A DNA stretch of 64,000 bases, taken from Halorussus marinus. Its GTDB lineage: Archaea > Halobacteriota > Halobacteria > Halobacteriales > Haladaptataceae. The translations under genes were made by a program, and so were the position numbers. The notes under the pieces are model-generated. The model searched no databases and had not been told where the DNA came from. It saw only the letters and a list, made by a program, of their open reading frames with translations. How positions within the stretch are numbered: the first letter of the stretch is position 1; each line of letters starts with the position of its first letter. The stretch lies in the NCBI RefSeq assembly GCF_004765795.1, contig NZ_SBIV01000009.1, forward strand, positions 62,001-126,000. Direction: 5' to 3'. Shown here piece by piece: positions 40,174-50,617 of the stretch.

Positions 40174-41805
40174 TTATTCGATGTACCCCAGATCCGCGAG
40201 TCGCGCTTCGACGTCGCCGTCGTCCGTTGCCACCTGCGCGTCCGGGTCGAACGCCGGATACGCCCGGGTGCCGACCGGCTCGACCGCCGGGAGCGCGGAC
40301 CCGTCCATCCTGTCGCCGGCGGGGATTCCCAGCGTCGCCAGCACCGTCGGCGCCACGTCGAAGAGGTGTGCGCCCGAGAGGTCGGCGTCCGCGTCGACGC
40401 CCGCCCCCGCCATCGCGATCACCCCTTCGCGCTTGTGGTTGTACGGTTCGGAGGGCGGCCCGAACTGGCCGTCGCCCACCCGCGTCGAGAGGAACTCGTC
40501 GAACTCCCGCGGGACCGTCACCACGTCGGGCGCCGCCTCGACGTACGGCCCGGAGAACACCTCCTCGCGGCGCGCGACCCGCTCGAACGCCGGCCGGCCG
40601 TCGGGGGTCTCGACCGCCGACAGCATCGCGATCAGGTCCTCGCGCACTCGCTCGTAATCGCCGGGCGCGACGACGCCGTCGGGTTCGCGGCCCCGCAGGT
40701 TCACCCGGACGCCGAGTTCGATCCGGTCGCGCATGTACGCGACCGACTCGGCGAAGTCGACCCGTTCGGCGGCCGCCCGCGCCACGTCGTTCGGGACGCG
40801 CTCGGCGACGAAGTCGGCGAGCCCCACCGCGTCGAGTCCGGCGCGGATGCGCTGGCTGGTGATGCCGACCGCCGCACCCGCGGCGAGCGCCCGCCCGAGC
40901 GGGGAGAGACTGTCGGCGGCGTCCCTGCTCTCTTTGCCTTCCCGGAGCTGGTTCGACGCGATGGTCGACCACGTCGGCATCCCCTCGCCGTCGGCGGTGG
41001 TCTCGACGAGCCCCTGCTCGCGGAGGAATTCGTTGACTCGGAACTCGCTCCCGCGGTACTCGCCCATGCCGTGGTCGCTCGCTACCACGACGGTGTCCGG
41101 ATCGCACTGGTCGAGGATCGCGCCGACCTGCTCGTCGACCGCCTCGTAGACCGCCCGGACGGCCTCGTCGTCGCCTGGCCGCTCGTGGAAGACGGTGTCG
41201 GTCTGCTGGAACTGGACGAACCCGAACGACGGGTCGAACCGATCGGCGAGGTACCGAAACGCCTCCCCGCGCATCTCGGTGAGTCGGCGGTACCACTCGA
41301 TCTGCTCGTCGCCCGACACGTCCCGGGGCGCGTACACTCGGTAATCGCCCATTTCCGCCCGGAGGTCGGCGAGGAGTCCGGCGGGGTGACAGTCCGGCTC
41401 CTCGGGCGCGGTGTATCCGGGGACGATCGCGCCGTCGATCTCGCGGGGCGGGTGTGTCACGGGCGCGTTCACGACCACGCTGGTGCGGTCGTTGCGGTCT
41501 AAGACCTCCCAGAGGGTCCGCTCGCGGACGTGGGTCGCGTTCACCACGTCCCAGTCGTAGCCGTCGAACGTCAGAAACCCGAACACGCCGTGCTTGCCGG
41601 GGTTGACGCCGGTGTACAGCGACGGCCACGCGCTCGGGGTCCACGGCGGGATCTGCGAGCGCAGTCCCCCCGCGGTCCCCTCGTCGAATATCGACTCCAG
41701 CCGCGGCACCGCGTCGGTCTCGAACAGCGGGTCGAGGACCCGACGACACCCCGCGTCGACCCCGACGAGCAGGGTCTCCAAGTTCGTCTCCGGGCGATCA
41801 GCCAT
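40174..41805 (-). CDS. Alkaline phosphatase superfamily (NPP-type) protein, paralog 2
   Basis: GVDAG, PPWTPSAWPSLYTG, SDHG and YNHK motifs; RLADLGY. Confidence 0.88.
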   Translation of the reverse strand: MADRPETNLETLLVGVDAGCRRVLDPLFETDAVPRLESIFDEGTAGGLRSQIPPWTPSAWPSLYTGVNPGKHGVFGFLTFDGYDWDVVNATHVRERTLWEVLDRNDRTSVVVNAPVTHPPREIDGAIVPGYTAPEEPDCHPAGLLADLRAEMGDYRVYAPRDVSGDEQIEWYRRLTEMRGEAFRYLADRFDPSFGFVQFQQTDTVFHERPGDDEAVRAVYEAVDEQVGAILDQCDPDTVVVASDHGMGEYRGSEFRVNEFLREQGLVETTADGEGMPTWSTIASNQLREGKESRDAADSLSPLGRALAAGAAVGITSQRIRAGLDAVGLADFVAERVPNDVARAAAERVDFAESVAYMRDRIELGVRVNLRGREPDGVVAPGDYERVREDLIAMLSAVETPDGRPAFERVARREEVFSGPYVEAAPDVVTVPREFDEFLSTRVGDGQFGPPSEPYNHKREGVIAMAGAGVDADADLSGAHLFDVAPTVLATLGIPAGDRMDGSALPAVEPVGTRAYPAFDPDAQVATDDGDVEARLADLGYIE

Positions 41806-41830
41806 GTATCGGATCCACCGCCCGTCCGTC

Positions 41831-41849
41831 CTTTGTTATGGGCCGTCTG
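41831..41849 (-). promoter_or_regulatory. Glycan-island motif
   Basis: CAGACGGCCCATAACAAAG; the box begins 34 nt before ATG 41805. Confidence 0.75.
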
Positions 41850-41959
41850 TCCCCCGACAAACCTGACCTGTCGGATCGTTCGGCGGTTATGCTTCCATTA
41901 CGGCCCCTCACTCGCTATTCAACGGAGTGTTTCGATTTCTCTCCCGGACCGTTCGGTAA

Positions 41960-42069
41960 ACGGCCACTACATTTAAATTGGTAAGCTAGTCTTGAATTGA
42001 AATCGGTACACTTTTGAATAGGTAACTTCCCATTGAGATACACATGGCACGCGATGATGCGGCACGCGA
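41960..42069 (+). promoter_or_regulatory. Duplicated tandem-promoter cassette, copy 1
   Basis: Two TTTRAA..GTAA-N7-TTGA units 41 bp apart, then ATGGCACGCGA; colinear with 43708-43817. Confidence 0.7.
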
Positions 42070-43558
42070 GACGGAGTCCGAAACGTCCCTGCTCGACCGG
42101 CGGTCGTACCTCAAGATGGCGGGTGCGGCGGCGGCGTCGGTCGCGGCGGTCGGTGCGTCAAGCAGTACCGCCGACGCGGCCGACTACGAGACGATCGAGA
42201 TCCCCGCGGGCGAGCGCCGAGTGTTCGACGTCGGGTCGGGCGAGACCTTCGAGAACAAGCTGATCGACATCAGCGCCGACGGCGCTCACTTCAAGATCAT
42301 GACCAACGGCGACGGTTGGACCGTCCGGAACATCGGCGTCCGGGGCCGGAACAACGACCGGTCGGACACGTTCGGCTGTATCTACTGCCGGGCCGACGAG
42401 GGCGGCGAGGGTCTCGTCGAGAACGTCTACATGGGCGACGGCGCGGCCGACCGGTGTGGCCACGCCGCCTTTTCGGGCTACGGCAACGCCGGCCACGTCA
42501 CCATCCGGAACGTACACGTCCAGGGCTGGTCGGCCGACGGGATGTATCTGAGCCACCCCGGCGTCCCCGGCAACTCCGGCGGGACGTTCACGGTCGAGCG
42601 CGCGTTCGCGAAGAACAACAACATCGAGAACATTCGGATCGGCACCACGGGTAGCGAGATCCGCGACTCGGTCGTCCACGTCGAGGGCGAGAGCGCGGTC
42701 ACGAGCAACGAGTCGGGCCAGAAGAACCCCCGCGGGATCTGGTTCAAAGAGGAGACCGGCCTGCTGGCCGTGAACTGCGACGTGAAGGTCGACGGCGCGA
42801 CCGCCGTCTACGGCGGCGGGCGCGGCGGCGCGGGCACCCTCCGGAACTGCCGGGTCGACGGCTCGATCCGGGGCGACGTGACCGAGGAGAACGTCTCGGG
42901 CGACCCCGACGTCACCCCGCCCGAGACCGTCCCGATGTCCGCCGAGGCCGCGGCCGCGGGCGAGTCCGGCGGCGACGGCGGTAGCACCACTCAACCGACC
43001 ACCGACGCCGACCAGTCCGCAGACGAGGACGGAACGCTGTTCGAACTGATCAGCGCCGACGACGCGTCGAGCGTCACCTACGAGTTCACCGTCGAGGGGA
43101 GCGTCTCGAAGAACCTCTCGGGGGACAACTCCGCGGAGGTCGCCGACTCGATCACCGACAACGGCGACGGGACCGTGACGGTCTCGGGCGTCGGGGGCAA
43201 CGGGTACGGCGACTCCTTCTACGTTCAGGGGTCGATCACGGCGATCGACGTCGACGAGAGCGTCTGGACGCTCCGGTACGGCGGCGAGGAGGTGTCGGTC
43301 GAGGAGTTGGTCCTCCCGAACAAGCTGATCGTCGACGGCTCGAACCGACCGCGTGCGGTCACCACCTACACCTTCGAGGTCTCGGGGCGGGCCCGCAAGA
43401 GCGCCGACCTCGGGTCGGTCAACGCGTACGACGAGGTCTCGGACGGCGAGATCTCCGGTCGCATCGTCGGCGGGAAAGACGGCTACCGGTTCTCGGGCGA
43501 GGTCACCGGCTTCAGCATCGACGGCCCCGCCGACGTGCAGGTAGAGAACAACTCCTGA
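42044..43558 (+). CDS. Tat-secreted beta-helix protein with two C-terminal beta-rich repeat domains
   Basis: DRRSYLK signal; beta-helix strands; G/T linker; repeats YEFTVEG..GDSFYVQG and YTFEVSG..DGYRFSG. Confidence 0.8.
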   Translation: MARDDAARETESETSLLDRRSYLKMAGAAAASVAAVGASSSTADAADYETIEIPAGERRVFDVGSGETFENKLIDISADGAHFKIMTNGDGWTVRNIGVRGRNNDRSDTFGCIYCRADEGGEGLVENVYMGDGAADRCGHAAFSGYGNAGHVTIRNVHVQGWSADGMYLSHPGVPGNSGGTFTVERAFAKNNNIENIRIGTTGSEIRDSVVHVEGESAVTSNESGQKNPRGIWFKEETGLLAVNCDVKVDGATAVYGGGRGGAGTLRNCRVDGSIRGDVTEENVSGDPDVTPPETVPMSAEAAAAGESGGDGGSTTQPTTDADQSADEDGTLFELISADDASSVTYEFTVEGSVSKNLSGDNSAEVADSITDNGDGTVTVSGVGGNGYGDSFYVQGSITAIDVDESVWTLRYGGEEVSVEELVLPNKLIVDGSNRPRAVTTYTFEVSGRARKSADLGSVNAYDEVSDGEISGRIVGGKDGYRFSGEVTGFSIDGPADVQVENNS

Positions 43559-43707
43559 TCGACGAATCGCTTCGACGCCGACCCTCGCGGCTAATCGGTC
43601 CCAAGCCCGGGAGAAACCGCTCGTTACTCCACGCTCGCCGTGAGACGGCTCGCGCGAGCGCTGTCCGTTGCAGACTGTTTCGGCCCTCCCGGATGACTGT
43701 TCCACCG

Positions 43708-43817
43708 ACGGCCAGTGCTTTTAAATTAGTAACTTCACATTGAGCGAAAGTCGGAAGCTTTTTGAAGTGGTAAGCAACCATTGAGAACTGCATGGCACGC
43801 GACGATACGGCACGCGA
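43708..43817 (+). promoter_or_regulatory. Duplicated tandem-promoter cassette, copy 2
   Basis: Gap-free alignment to 41960-42069, including the first codons (MARDDTAR vs MARDDAAR). Confidence 0.7.
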
Positions 43818-43978
43818 CCCCGGCACCGAACGCACTCGCCCCGACGAACGGTCACACCCCCGGCTGGCAGGTGTGGCCGCCACCCGTTCGGGCCGCACCG
43901 AGTCTCCCGTCCCCGCTGACACGACCCGGACGCTCGCGCCCGGCGACGCTCGGTCCGTCTGCTCCCCGGAGGGTCGAG

Positions 43979-44203
43979 ATGGCGAGTAACGTTCAGGCCG
44001 GCCGCGAACGCTGGGAAGACGTGGCCCGCGATCCGGACCCCGAGGATCTGGGGTACGAACTCGACGACTGGGAGGTCATCCAGGCCCAGAAGGGCGATCG
44101 GGGCCACCTAATGTTCCTCCCCGACGACGAGGATCAGCTCCGCGAGGAGGCGTTCGTGGTGGCCGACGCCTGCTCGGTCTGCGACGTCGTCGACCGGATC
44201 TAG
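43979..44203 (+). CDS. Small acidic hypothetical protein (74 aa)
   Basis: GGAGG upstream; DPEDLGYELDDWEV...LMFLPDDEDQLREEAFVVAD. Confidence 0.7.
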   Translation: MASNVQAGRERWEDVARDPDPEDLGYELDDWEVIQAQKGDRGHLMFLPDDEDQLREEAFVVADACSVCDVVDRI

Positions 44204-45516
44204 CTCGACTCGACGATCCGTCGGGCCGCCGCGAACAGGTCCTCGGCCCGCTCGGCCCGCCTCGCCTCCGCGGTCACGCGAACGAGGGGCTCGGTCCCGC
44301 TGGCGCGCACCAGAAACCACCCGCCCTCCGCGCTCGCGCGCACGCCGTCTCTGGTGTCGACTTCCGCGTACCGGGCGCAGACTCGCTCCCGGACGCCCTC
44401 CATCACCGCCTCCTTGCGATCGGTTTCGACGCTCCCACGAGAGAGCGGGTACGTCTCGATCTCCCCGACCAGCGACGCGAGCGATCCGCGGCGTGCGACC
44501 AGACCCGCGAGCCGACACGCCGCCAGCGGGCCGTCGGGACACAGCGTCTCGTCGGGCCAGATCCACGCGCCGCTTGGCTCGCCGCCGAACGCGACGTCGG
44601 GCTCGCTCGCCCGCTCGGCGACGTACACGTCTCCGACGCGCGTACGCGAGACCGAGACCCCGAGCGGGTCGAGCGAGTCGGCGACCGCGAGGCTCGTATC
44701 GACCGGGACGGCCACCCGGTCGGCCGCCGACCGATCGCCGGTCGCCTCGCGGGCGAACAGCGCGAGCAGGACGTCGCCCCCGACGAACTCCCCGTCGGCG
44801 GCGACCGCGCGCATCCGGTCGGCGTCGCCGTCGTGAGCGATCCCGAGGTCGGCGCCGGTCGCGGCGACGGTGTCCGCGAGCGTCCGGCAGTTCTCGGCGG
44901 TCGGCTCGCTCGGGCGCGCCGGGAACGATCCGTCGGGGTCGGCGTCGAGCGTCTGGACGTCGTGTCCAAGCGCCCGGAGCGCCTCGGCGGTCACCCCGCC
45001 GACCCCGTTGCCGACGTCGAGAACCACCGAGAGGTCGCCCGGCTCGGCGGCGTCGGCAAGCGCCGCGGCGTGGCGGTCGGTCGCGCCGTCCCACCGCGTG
45101 ACCTCGCCGAGCCCGTCCCACGGCGCGAGGTCGACGTCGCCCTCCCGGACCCGGCGGGCGACGGCCTCGCGCTGGGCCTCGTCGAACGCCTGCCCGGAGG
45201 GATTCCACAGCTTCAGTCCGTTGTCGGGCGCGGGGTTGTGACTCGCGGTGACCACGAGCCCGGCGTCGGCGTCGCGCCACCCGACGCTCCGGGCGACGGT
45301 GGGCGTGGCCGCCCGTCCGATTCGGACGACGTCAGCGCCACACTCCCGGAGTCCGGCGGCCGCCGCGTCCGCGAGCATCCGGCCGCTCTCGCGGGCGTCG
45401 CGCCCGACCACGACCGTCTCGTACCCCTCGCTGGCGACCGCCCGGCCCACGTCGAGCGCGAGCCGGCAGGTCACGGTGTCGCCGACCGCGCCGCGGACGC
45501 CGCTTGTCCCGAACAT
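44200..45516 (-). CDS. Phosphohexomutase (phosphoglucosamine mutase/phosphomannomutase)
   Basis: MFGTSGVRG, TASHNP, DGDADR, GGEPSG and RASGTEP motifs. Confidence 0.92.
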   Translation of the reverse strand: MFGTSGVRGAVGDTVTCRLALDVGRAVASEGYETVVVGRDARESGRMLADAAAAGLRECGADVVRIGRAATPTVARSVGWRDADAGLVVTASHNPAPDNGLKLWNPSGQAFDEAQREAVARRVREGDVDLAPWDGLGEVTRWDGATDRHAAALADAAEPGDLSVVLDVGNGVGGVTAEALRALGHDVQTLDADPDGSFPARPSEPTAENCRTLADTVAATGADLGIAHDGDADRMRAVAADGEFVGGDVLLALFAREATGDRSAADRVAVPVDTSLAVADSLDPLGVSVSRTRVGDVYVAERASEPDVAFGGEPSGAWIWPDETLCPDGPLAACRLAGLVARRGSLASLVGEIETYPLSRGSVETDRKEAVMEGVRERVCARYAEVDTRDGVRASAEGGWFLVRASGTEPLVRVTAEARRAERAEDLFAAARRIVESS

Positions 45517-45517
45517 C

Positions 45518-46078
45518 TCAGTGCTCCTGGCCGTCGGCGCGGCTCAGTTCGGGCGGGGTGCCGACCTCGTCGGTCCGCCGGTAGTTGAGAAAGTGGACGA
45601 CCGACGAGACGCCGAACGCCACGAGGATCACCGTCGCCACCACGAGCCCCGAGAGCAACTCGAACGGGTAGACGTCGAGCCAGACCGCCGCGACCAGCGC
45701 GGAGCTCACCGCGACCAGCCCGAGGTAGTACCGGTCCCACGGGAACTGCTCGCGAGAGACCTCGCCGAGATAGAGGTTGAGATCCGACGCCCGGTCGCCG
45801 AGTCGGACCACGCCCGCGTCCCGATCGTACTCGACGATGTCGGCCTCATCGAGCTTCGGGAGGTGGGTCTGGTACAGCGAGATGTACACCCGCTTTCGCT
45901 GTTCGGTCGTGAGCGCCGCGAGCGTGGTTTCGTTTTCCCACGCCGCGACCTGCTCGGTGAGATCCGACAGCTCGGTTTCGCCGCCCTCCTGACGGAGGTA
46001 GTAGAGCGCGTATCGGCGTCTGGGGCTTTTCAGCACTTCGAACACCTCGTCTTGGGAGAGCTGGTCGGTTCTAGACAT
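45518..46078 (-). CDS. Membrane-anchored winged-helix protein (DUF7344-like plus 2 TM), candidate regulator
   Basis: LKSPRRRYAL, RKRVYISLYQTHLPKL, then two hydrophobic helices. Confidence 0.8.
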   Translation of the reverse strand: MSRTDQLSQDEVFEVLKSPRRRYALYYLRQEGGETELSDLTEQVAAWENETTLAALTTEQRKRVYISLYQTHLPKLDEADIVEYDRDAGVVRLGDRASDLNLYLGEVSREQFPWDRYYLGLVAVSSALVAAVWLDVYPFELLSGLVVATVILVAFGVSSVVHFLNYRRTDEVGTPPELSRADGQEH

Positions 46079-46190
46079 AGTCCAGTGGCCGCCGGCCGGT
46101 CGTCGGGGGCGATACGTCTACTGGGCCACCGGACGGGGGAGATGTGCGCAGGTGAGACCGCCGCATACACCCGATATTGCGGCGTTGGCA

Positions 46191-46209
46191 CTTTGTTACC
46201 CGCGTGCTG
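46191..46209 (-). promoter_or_regulatory. Glycan-island motif (variant)
   Basis: CAGCACGCGGGTAACAAAG, upstream of the wHTH-TM gene. Confidence 0.6.
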
Positions 46210-46374
46210 TTCGGGGGTAATCCGACGGTACGGTCGGTCAGCGCCGGCGATACGGGGTGGATAGCCCGCGTCGATCCGCGCGCTCGACTCGGCGACGACC
46301 GGGGGTCGACCGCTGGGTCTCGTTCGGGCCCATTCGCCCGCGAGAGGCCCGATAGGCGTCGCCTTCGGGGGAAC

Positions 46375-46393
46375 CAGCCGGCGTATAACAAAG
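46375..46393 (+). promoter_or_regulatory. Glycan-island motif
   Basis: CAGCCGGCGTATAACAAAG, upstream of the wbp-like operon. Confidence 0.7.
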
Positions 46394-46534
46394 AGGCGTG
46401 CAGGGCATGGGGAGAATAACGCCCGGCCTTCCCCCGCTCGGGACGCACGGGCACACCCACTCGATCCCCTATGATCACGTTACCGACCGAAACGACTCGA
46501 TTCTCGACGCGCACAGCGCCGGAGGTGACCGTCC

Positions 46535-47152
46535 GTGGCTAAGTCGGACGCCCCCGCCACCGACGACCGACTGGTCCCGCGGCTCGGAGACGACTGTGAG
46601 ATCGCTCCCGACGCGATCCTCGGCCACCGCCACGCCGCCGACGCCGATCCCCCGGTCGTCGGCGACCGCGCCACCGTCCGGTCGGGGAGCATCGTCTACG
46701 CGGACGTGGAGATCGGCGACGACTTCACCACCGGCCACAACGCCGTGATCCGGGAGGACACCCGGATCGGCGACGACGTGGTCGTCGGCACCGACACGGT
46801 GATCGACGGGACGACGGCGATCGGCTCGCACGTCAGCCTCCAGACCGGAGTCTACGTCCCGACCGACACCGTCCTCGGCGACGAGGTGTTCGTCGGTCCG
46901 CACGCGGTGCTCACAAACGACCCCTACCCGATCCGCCGGGACGTCGACCTCGACGGACCGACCCTCGAAGACCACGTCTCGATCGGCGCGAACGCCACCC
47001 TCCTGCCCGGCGTAACCGTCGGCGAGGGCGCGTTCGTGGCCGCGGGCGCGGTCGTGACCGAAGACGTCCCGCCCGGGACGCTCGCGGTGGGCGCACCCGC
47101 CGACCACCGACCGCTCCCGGCGGAACTGACCGGGGGGAACCGGATCGCATGA
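46535..47152 (+). CDS. Hexapeptide-repeat N-acetyltransferase (WbpD-like)
   Basis: Left-handed beta-helix repeats, [12 protein letters not shown] and [10 protein letters not shown] motifs. Confidence 0.85.
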   Translation: MAKSDAPATDDRLVPRLGDDCEIAPDAILGHRHAADADPPVVGDRATVRSGSIVYADVEIGDDFTTGHNAVIREDTRIGDDVVVGTDTVIDGTTAIGSHVSLQTGVYVPTDTVLGDEVFVGPHAVLTNDPYPIRRDVDLDGPTLEDHVSIGANATLLPGVTVGEGAFVAAGAVVTEDVPPGTLAVGAPADHRPLPAELTGGNRIA

Positions 47153-48243
47153 GCGAGATTCCGATCGCCGACCCCGCGCTCGGCGACCGCGAGATCGCAG
47201 AGGTGGTCGACGTGCTCGAATCCGGTCACCTCGCCGACGGCCCGCAGGTCCGGAAGTTCGAGGCCGAGTTCGCAGAGTTCAGCGGAGCCGACCGGGGCGT
47301 CGCGACCGCCAACGGCACGACCGCGCTCCACGCCGCCCTCGAAGCGCTCGGCGTCGGCGACGGCGACGTGGTCGTCACCTCGCCGTTCTCGTTCGTCGCG
47401 AGCGCGAACGCGATCCGGCTCGCGGGCGCCGAACCCCGGTTCGCCGACGTCGACCCCGAGACCTTCACCCTCGATCCGACCGCGGTCGAGGAGACGCTCC
47501 GGCGCGAGGACGACGTGGCCGCGATCCTGGCGGTCCACCTCTACGGGCTGGCGGCCGAGATGGACCGACTCGGCGAGCTCGCCGACCGTCACGACGTGGC
47601 GCTGGTCGAGGACGCCGCACAGGCCCACGGCGCGCAGTTCCGTGGCCGGAAGGTGGGATCGTTCGGCGACGCCGCCTGCTTCTCGTTTTACCCGACCAAG
47701 AACATGACCACCGGGGAGGGCGGGATGATCACGACCGACCGCGACGACGTCGCCGACCGCGCCGAGAGCTACGTCAACCACGGCCGACCCCCCGAGGGCG
47801 GCTACGACCACGTCCGGGTCGGCCACAACTTCCGGCTGACCTCGATGGCGGCCGCGATCGGCCGGGTCCAACTGGAGCGGCTCCCCGAGTACAACGACGC
47901 CCGGCGGGCGAACGCCGCCGCCCTGAACGAGGCGCTGGCCGACGCCGACGTGATCACGCCGACCGAGCCCGACGATCGCCGCCACGTCTATCACCAGTAC
48001 ACGATCCGGGCGAACGATCGGGACGCGCTGGCCGCACACCTCGACGACGCCGGGATCGCCACCGGGGTCTACTACCCGACGCCGATCCACGAACAGCCGG
48101 CGTACGACGACGTCGACGACGCCGCCCCCGTCGCCGAGCGCACCGCCGAACAGGCCCTCTCGCTCCCGGTTCATCCGAACGTCTCCGAGCGAGACGTCAG
48201 AACGATCGCCAAAGCGGTCCGCGAGTACGACTCCGATTCATGA
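47149..48243 (+). CDS. DegT/DnrJ/EryC1/StrS aminotransferase (WbpE-like)
   Basis: [19 protein letters not shown] and [14 protein letters not shown] motifs. Confidence 0.93.
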   Translation: MSEIPIADPALGDREIAEVVDVLESGHLADGPQVRKFEAEFAEFSGADRGVATANGTTALHAALEALGVGDGDVVVTSPFSFVASANAIRLAGAEPRFADVDPETFTLDPTAVEETLRREDDVAAILAVHLYGLAAEMDRLGELADRHDVALVEDAAQAHGAQFRGRKVGSFGDAACFSFYPTKNMTTGEGGMITTDRDDVADRAESYVNHGRPPEGGYDHVRVGHNFRLTSMAAAIGRVQLERLPEYNDARRANAAALNEALADADVITPTEPDDRRHVYHQYTIRANDRDALAAHLDDAGIATGVYYPTPIHEQPAYDDVDDAAPVAERTAEQALSLPVHPNVSERDVRTIAKAVREYDSDS

Positions 48244-49229
48244 ACGACAACGCATCTCCGATCGACACAGCGGTACTGGGCGTCGGCAGCATGGGTCGCC
48301 ACCACGCCCGCGTCTACAGCGAACTCCCCGACGTGAACCTCGTCGGCGTCTACGACCTCGACCGGGACGCCGCCCGCGAGGTGGCCGCCGACAACGGCAC
48401 GCGTGCCCTGCCGCTCGACGAACTGCTGGACGCCACCGACGCCGCCTCGATCGCCGTCCCGACGCCGTACCACGCCGAACTCGCCGAGGCGTGTATCGAC
48501 AACGGCGTCGACGTGCTGGTCGAAAAGCCGTTCGTCGACGACCTCGACGCCGGCCGAGCGCTCCTCGACCGGGCCGAGGCGGCGGGCGTGACCGTGCAGG
48601 TCGGCCACGTCGAGCGGTTCAACCCGGCGGTCCGGGCGCTGGCCGACATCGTCGCCGACCTCGACGTGATCGCGGTCGACGCCCACCGGCTCGGGCCGCC
48701 CCCGGAGGGTCGAGCCGTCGACGAGAGCGCGGTGCTCGATCTGATGATCCACGACATCGACGTGGTGCTGGCGATGCTCGACGCCGAGGTCGCGGACGTG
48801 AGCGCCAACGGCGCGAAGTCCAACCAGTACGCCAGCGCGAACGTCCGGTTCGACGACGGCACCCTCGCGTCGTTCACCGCGAGCCGGGTGACCCAACAGC
48901 GGGTCCGGACGCTCGCGATCACGGCCGAGGACTGCCGGGTCAACGTCGACTACATCGACCGATCGGTCGAGATCCACCGCCACTCGCTTCCCGAGTACAT
49001 CGAGGACAACGGCGACGTGCGCTACCGCCACGAGAGCATCGTCGAGCGCCCGACCGTCGAGACCGGCGAGCCGCTCAAAAACGAACTGGAGTCGTTCGTC
49101 GCGGCGGCCCGCGGCGAGCGCGAACCGGTGGTCTCCGGCGAGGACGGCCTCCGGGTCCTCGAAGTCGCCCGCCGGATCGACCGGGTCGCCGGTCGCGAGG
49201 CCCCCGAAGCCGAGGTGAGCGCGCGGTGA
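48240..49229 (+). CDS. Gfo/Idh/MocA oxidoreductase (WbpB-like)
   Basis: GVGSMG, VEKP, GHVERFNP and DLMIHDID motifs. Confidence 0.9.
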   Translation: MNDNASPIDTAVLGVGSMGRHHARVYSELPDVNLVGVYDLDRDAAREVAADNGTRALPLDELLDATDAASIAVPTPYHAELAEACIDNGVDVLVEKPFVDDLDAGRALLDRAEAAGVTVQVGHVERFNPAVRALADIVADLDVIAVDAHRLGPPPEGRAVDESAVLDLMIHDIDVVLAMLDAEVADVSANGAKSNQYASANVRFDDGTLASFTASRVTQQRVRTLAITAEDCRVNVDYIDRSVEIHRHSLPEYIEDNGDVRYRHESIVERPTVETGEPLKNELESFVAAARGEREPVVSGEDGLRVLEVARRIDRVAGREAPEAEVSAR

Positions 49230-50617
49230 GCCTACAGGTCCACGGCCTCTACGGGAGCGAGGCGCCCGAGAGCGTCCAGCGGGCGGCGTTCCGGACCGGG
49301 CAAGTCCCGGTCGCGGTGTACGGCCTCGGGAAGATGGGGCTCCCGCTGGCGGCGGTGTACGCCGAGACGACCGGCAACGTCGTCGGCGCGGACGTCGATC
49401 CCGAGGTAGTCGAGGCGATCGACGCCGGGGAGTGTCACGTCGACCGCGAGCCCGGCCTGCCCGAGTTGGTCCGCGAGACCGTCGCGGCGGGGGCGCTCGA
49501 AGCGACCGACGATCCCCGAGAGGCGGCGGCTCGCGCCGCCGTCCACGTCGTCATCGTCCCGACCCCGATCACCGACGAGAAGGAGGCCGACCTCTCGATC
49601 CTGCGGTCGGTCGCCGGCGACATCGGCGCGAACCTCGACCCCGGCGACCTCGTGGTCGTCGAGTGCACGGTACCGCCCCGGACCTGCGAGGACCTCCTCC
49701 GGCCGTTGCTCGCCGACGCGGCGGGCCACGAGGCGTTCGGGCTCGCGTTCTGTCCCGAGCGCACCGCGAGCGGGCGCGCGCTCAGGGACATCCGGGGCGC
49801 CTACCCCAAGGTGGTCGGCGGGATCGACGACGAGAGCACCCGAGTCGCCGAACTCGTCTACGACCACATCACGGACAACGAGGTGCTCGCGGTCTCGGAC
49901 GCCACCACCGCGGAGGCGGTGAAGGTGTTCGAGGGCCTCTACCGCGACGTGAACATCGCACTGGCGAACGAGCTGGCGACGCTCACCGACGAGTTCGGGA
50001 TCGACGTCAACGAGGCGATCGCGACCGCCAACACCCAGCCGTTCTGCGACATCCACGACCCCGGACCGGGCGTCGGGGGCCACTGCATCCCCTACTACCC
50101 GTACTTCGTGATCAACGAGGTCGACGCCGACGCCCGACTGCTGTCGACCGCCCGCGAGGTCAACGACGCGATGCCGGCGTTCACCGTCGAGACGCTGGCT
50201 CGCGAACTCGACGCCGAGGGGACGAGTCCCGACGACGCGACCGTCGCGGTGCTGGGCCTGACCTACCGACCCGGCGTCGAGGAGATCCGGGCGACCCCGG
50301 CCGGCCCCATCGCCGAGCGGCTCTCGGCGCTCGGCGCCGAAGTCCTCGCGGTCGATCCGATGCTCGACGACGCCGAACCCTTCGAGGCCGAAATGGTATC
50401 GCGCGCGGAGCTTTACGGCGCCGATCTCGACGCCGCCGTGATGGTGACCCCCCACGAGGAGTTCGACGCCATCGAGTGGGAGCGGTTCGACCCGCTGGTC
50501 GTCGTCGACGGTCGCGGGAGCCTCGACCTCGCGGCCACCGACCACCGCGTCTACACCATCGGGAGCGGCCCGACGGGCGGACGCGACGCGGCGCTCTCCG
50601 AGGAGGTGGCCGAATGA
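49226..50617 (+). CDS. Nucleotide-sugar 6-dehydrogenase (WbpA/WecC-like)
   Basis: GLGKMG, FCPER, YRDVNIALANE and GVGGHCIP motifs; GTGA overlap. Confidence 0.92.
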   Translation: MSLQVHGLYGSEAPESVQRAAFRTGQVPVAVYGLGKMGLPLAAVYAETTGNVVGADVDPEVVEAIDAGECHVDREPGLPELVRETVAAGALEATDDPREAAARAAVHVVIVPTPITDEKEADLSILRSVAGDIGANLDPGDLVVVECTVPPRTCEDLLRPLLADAAGHEAFGLAFCPERTASGRALRDIRGAYPKVVGGIDDESTRVAELVYDHITDNEVLAVSDATTAEAVKVFEGLYRDVNIALANELATLTDEFGIDVNEAIATANTQPFCDIHDPGPGVGGHCIPYYPYFVINEVDADARLLSTAREVNDAMPAFTVETLARELDAEGTSPDDATVAVLGLTYRPGVEEIRATPAGPIAERLSALGAEVLAVDPMLDDAEPFEAEMVSRAELYGADLDAAVMVTPHEEFDAIEWERFDPLVVVDGRGSLDLAATDHRVYTIGSGPTGGRDAALSEEVAE

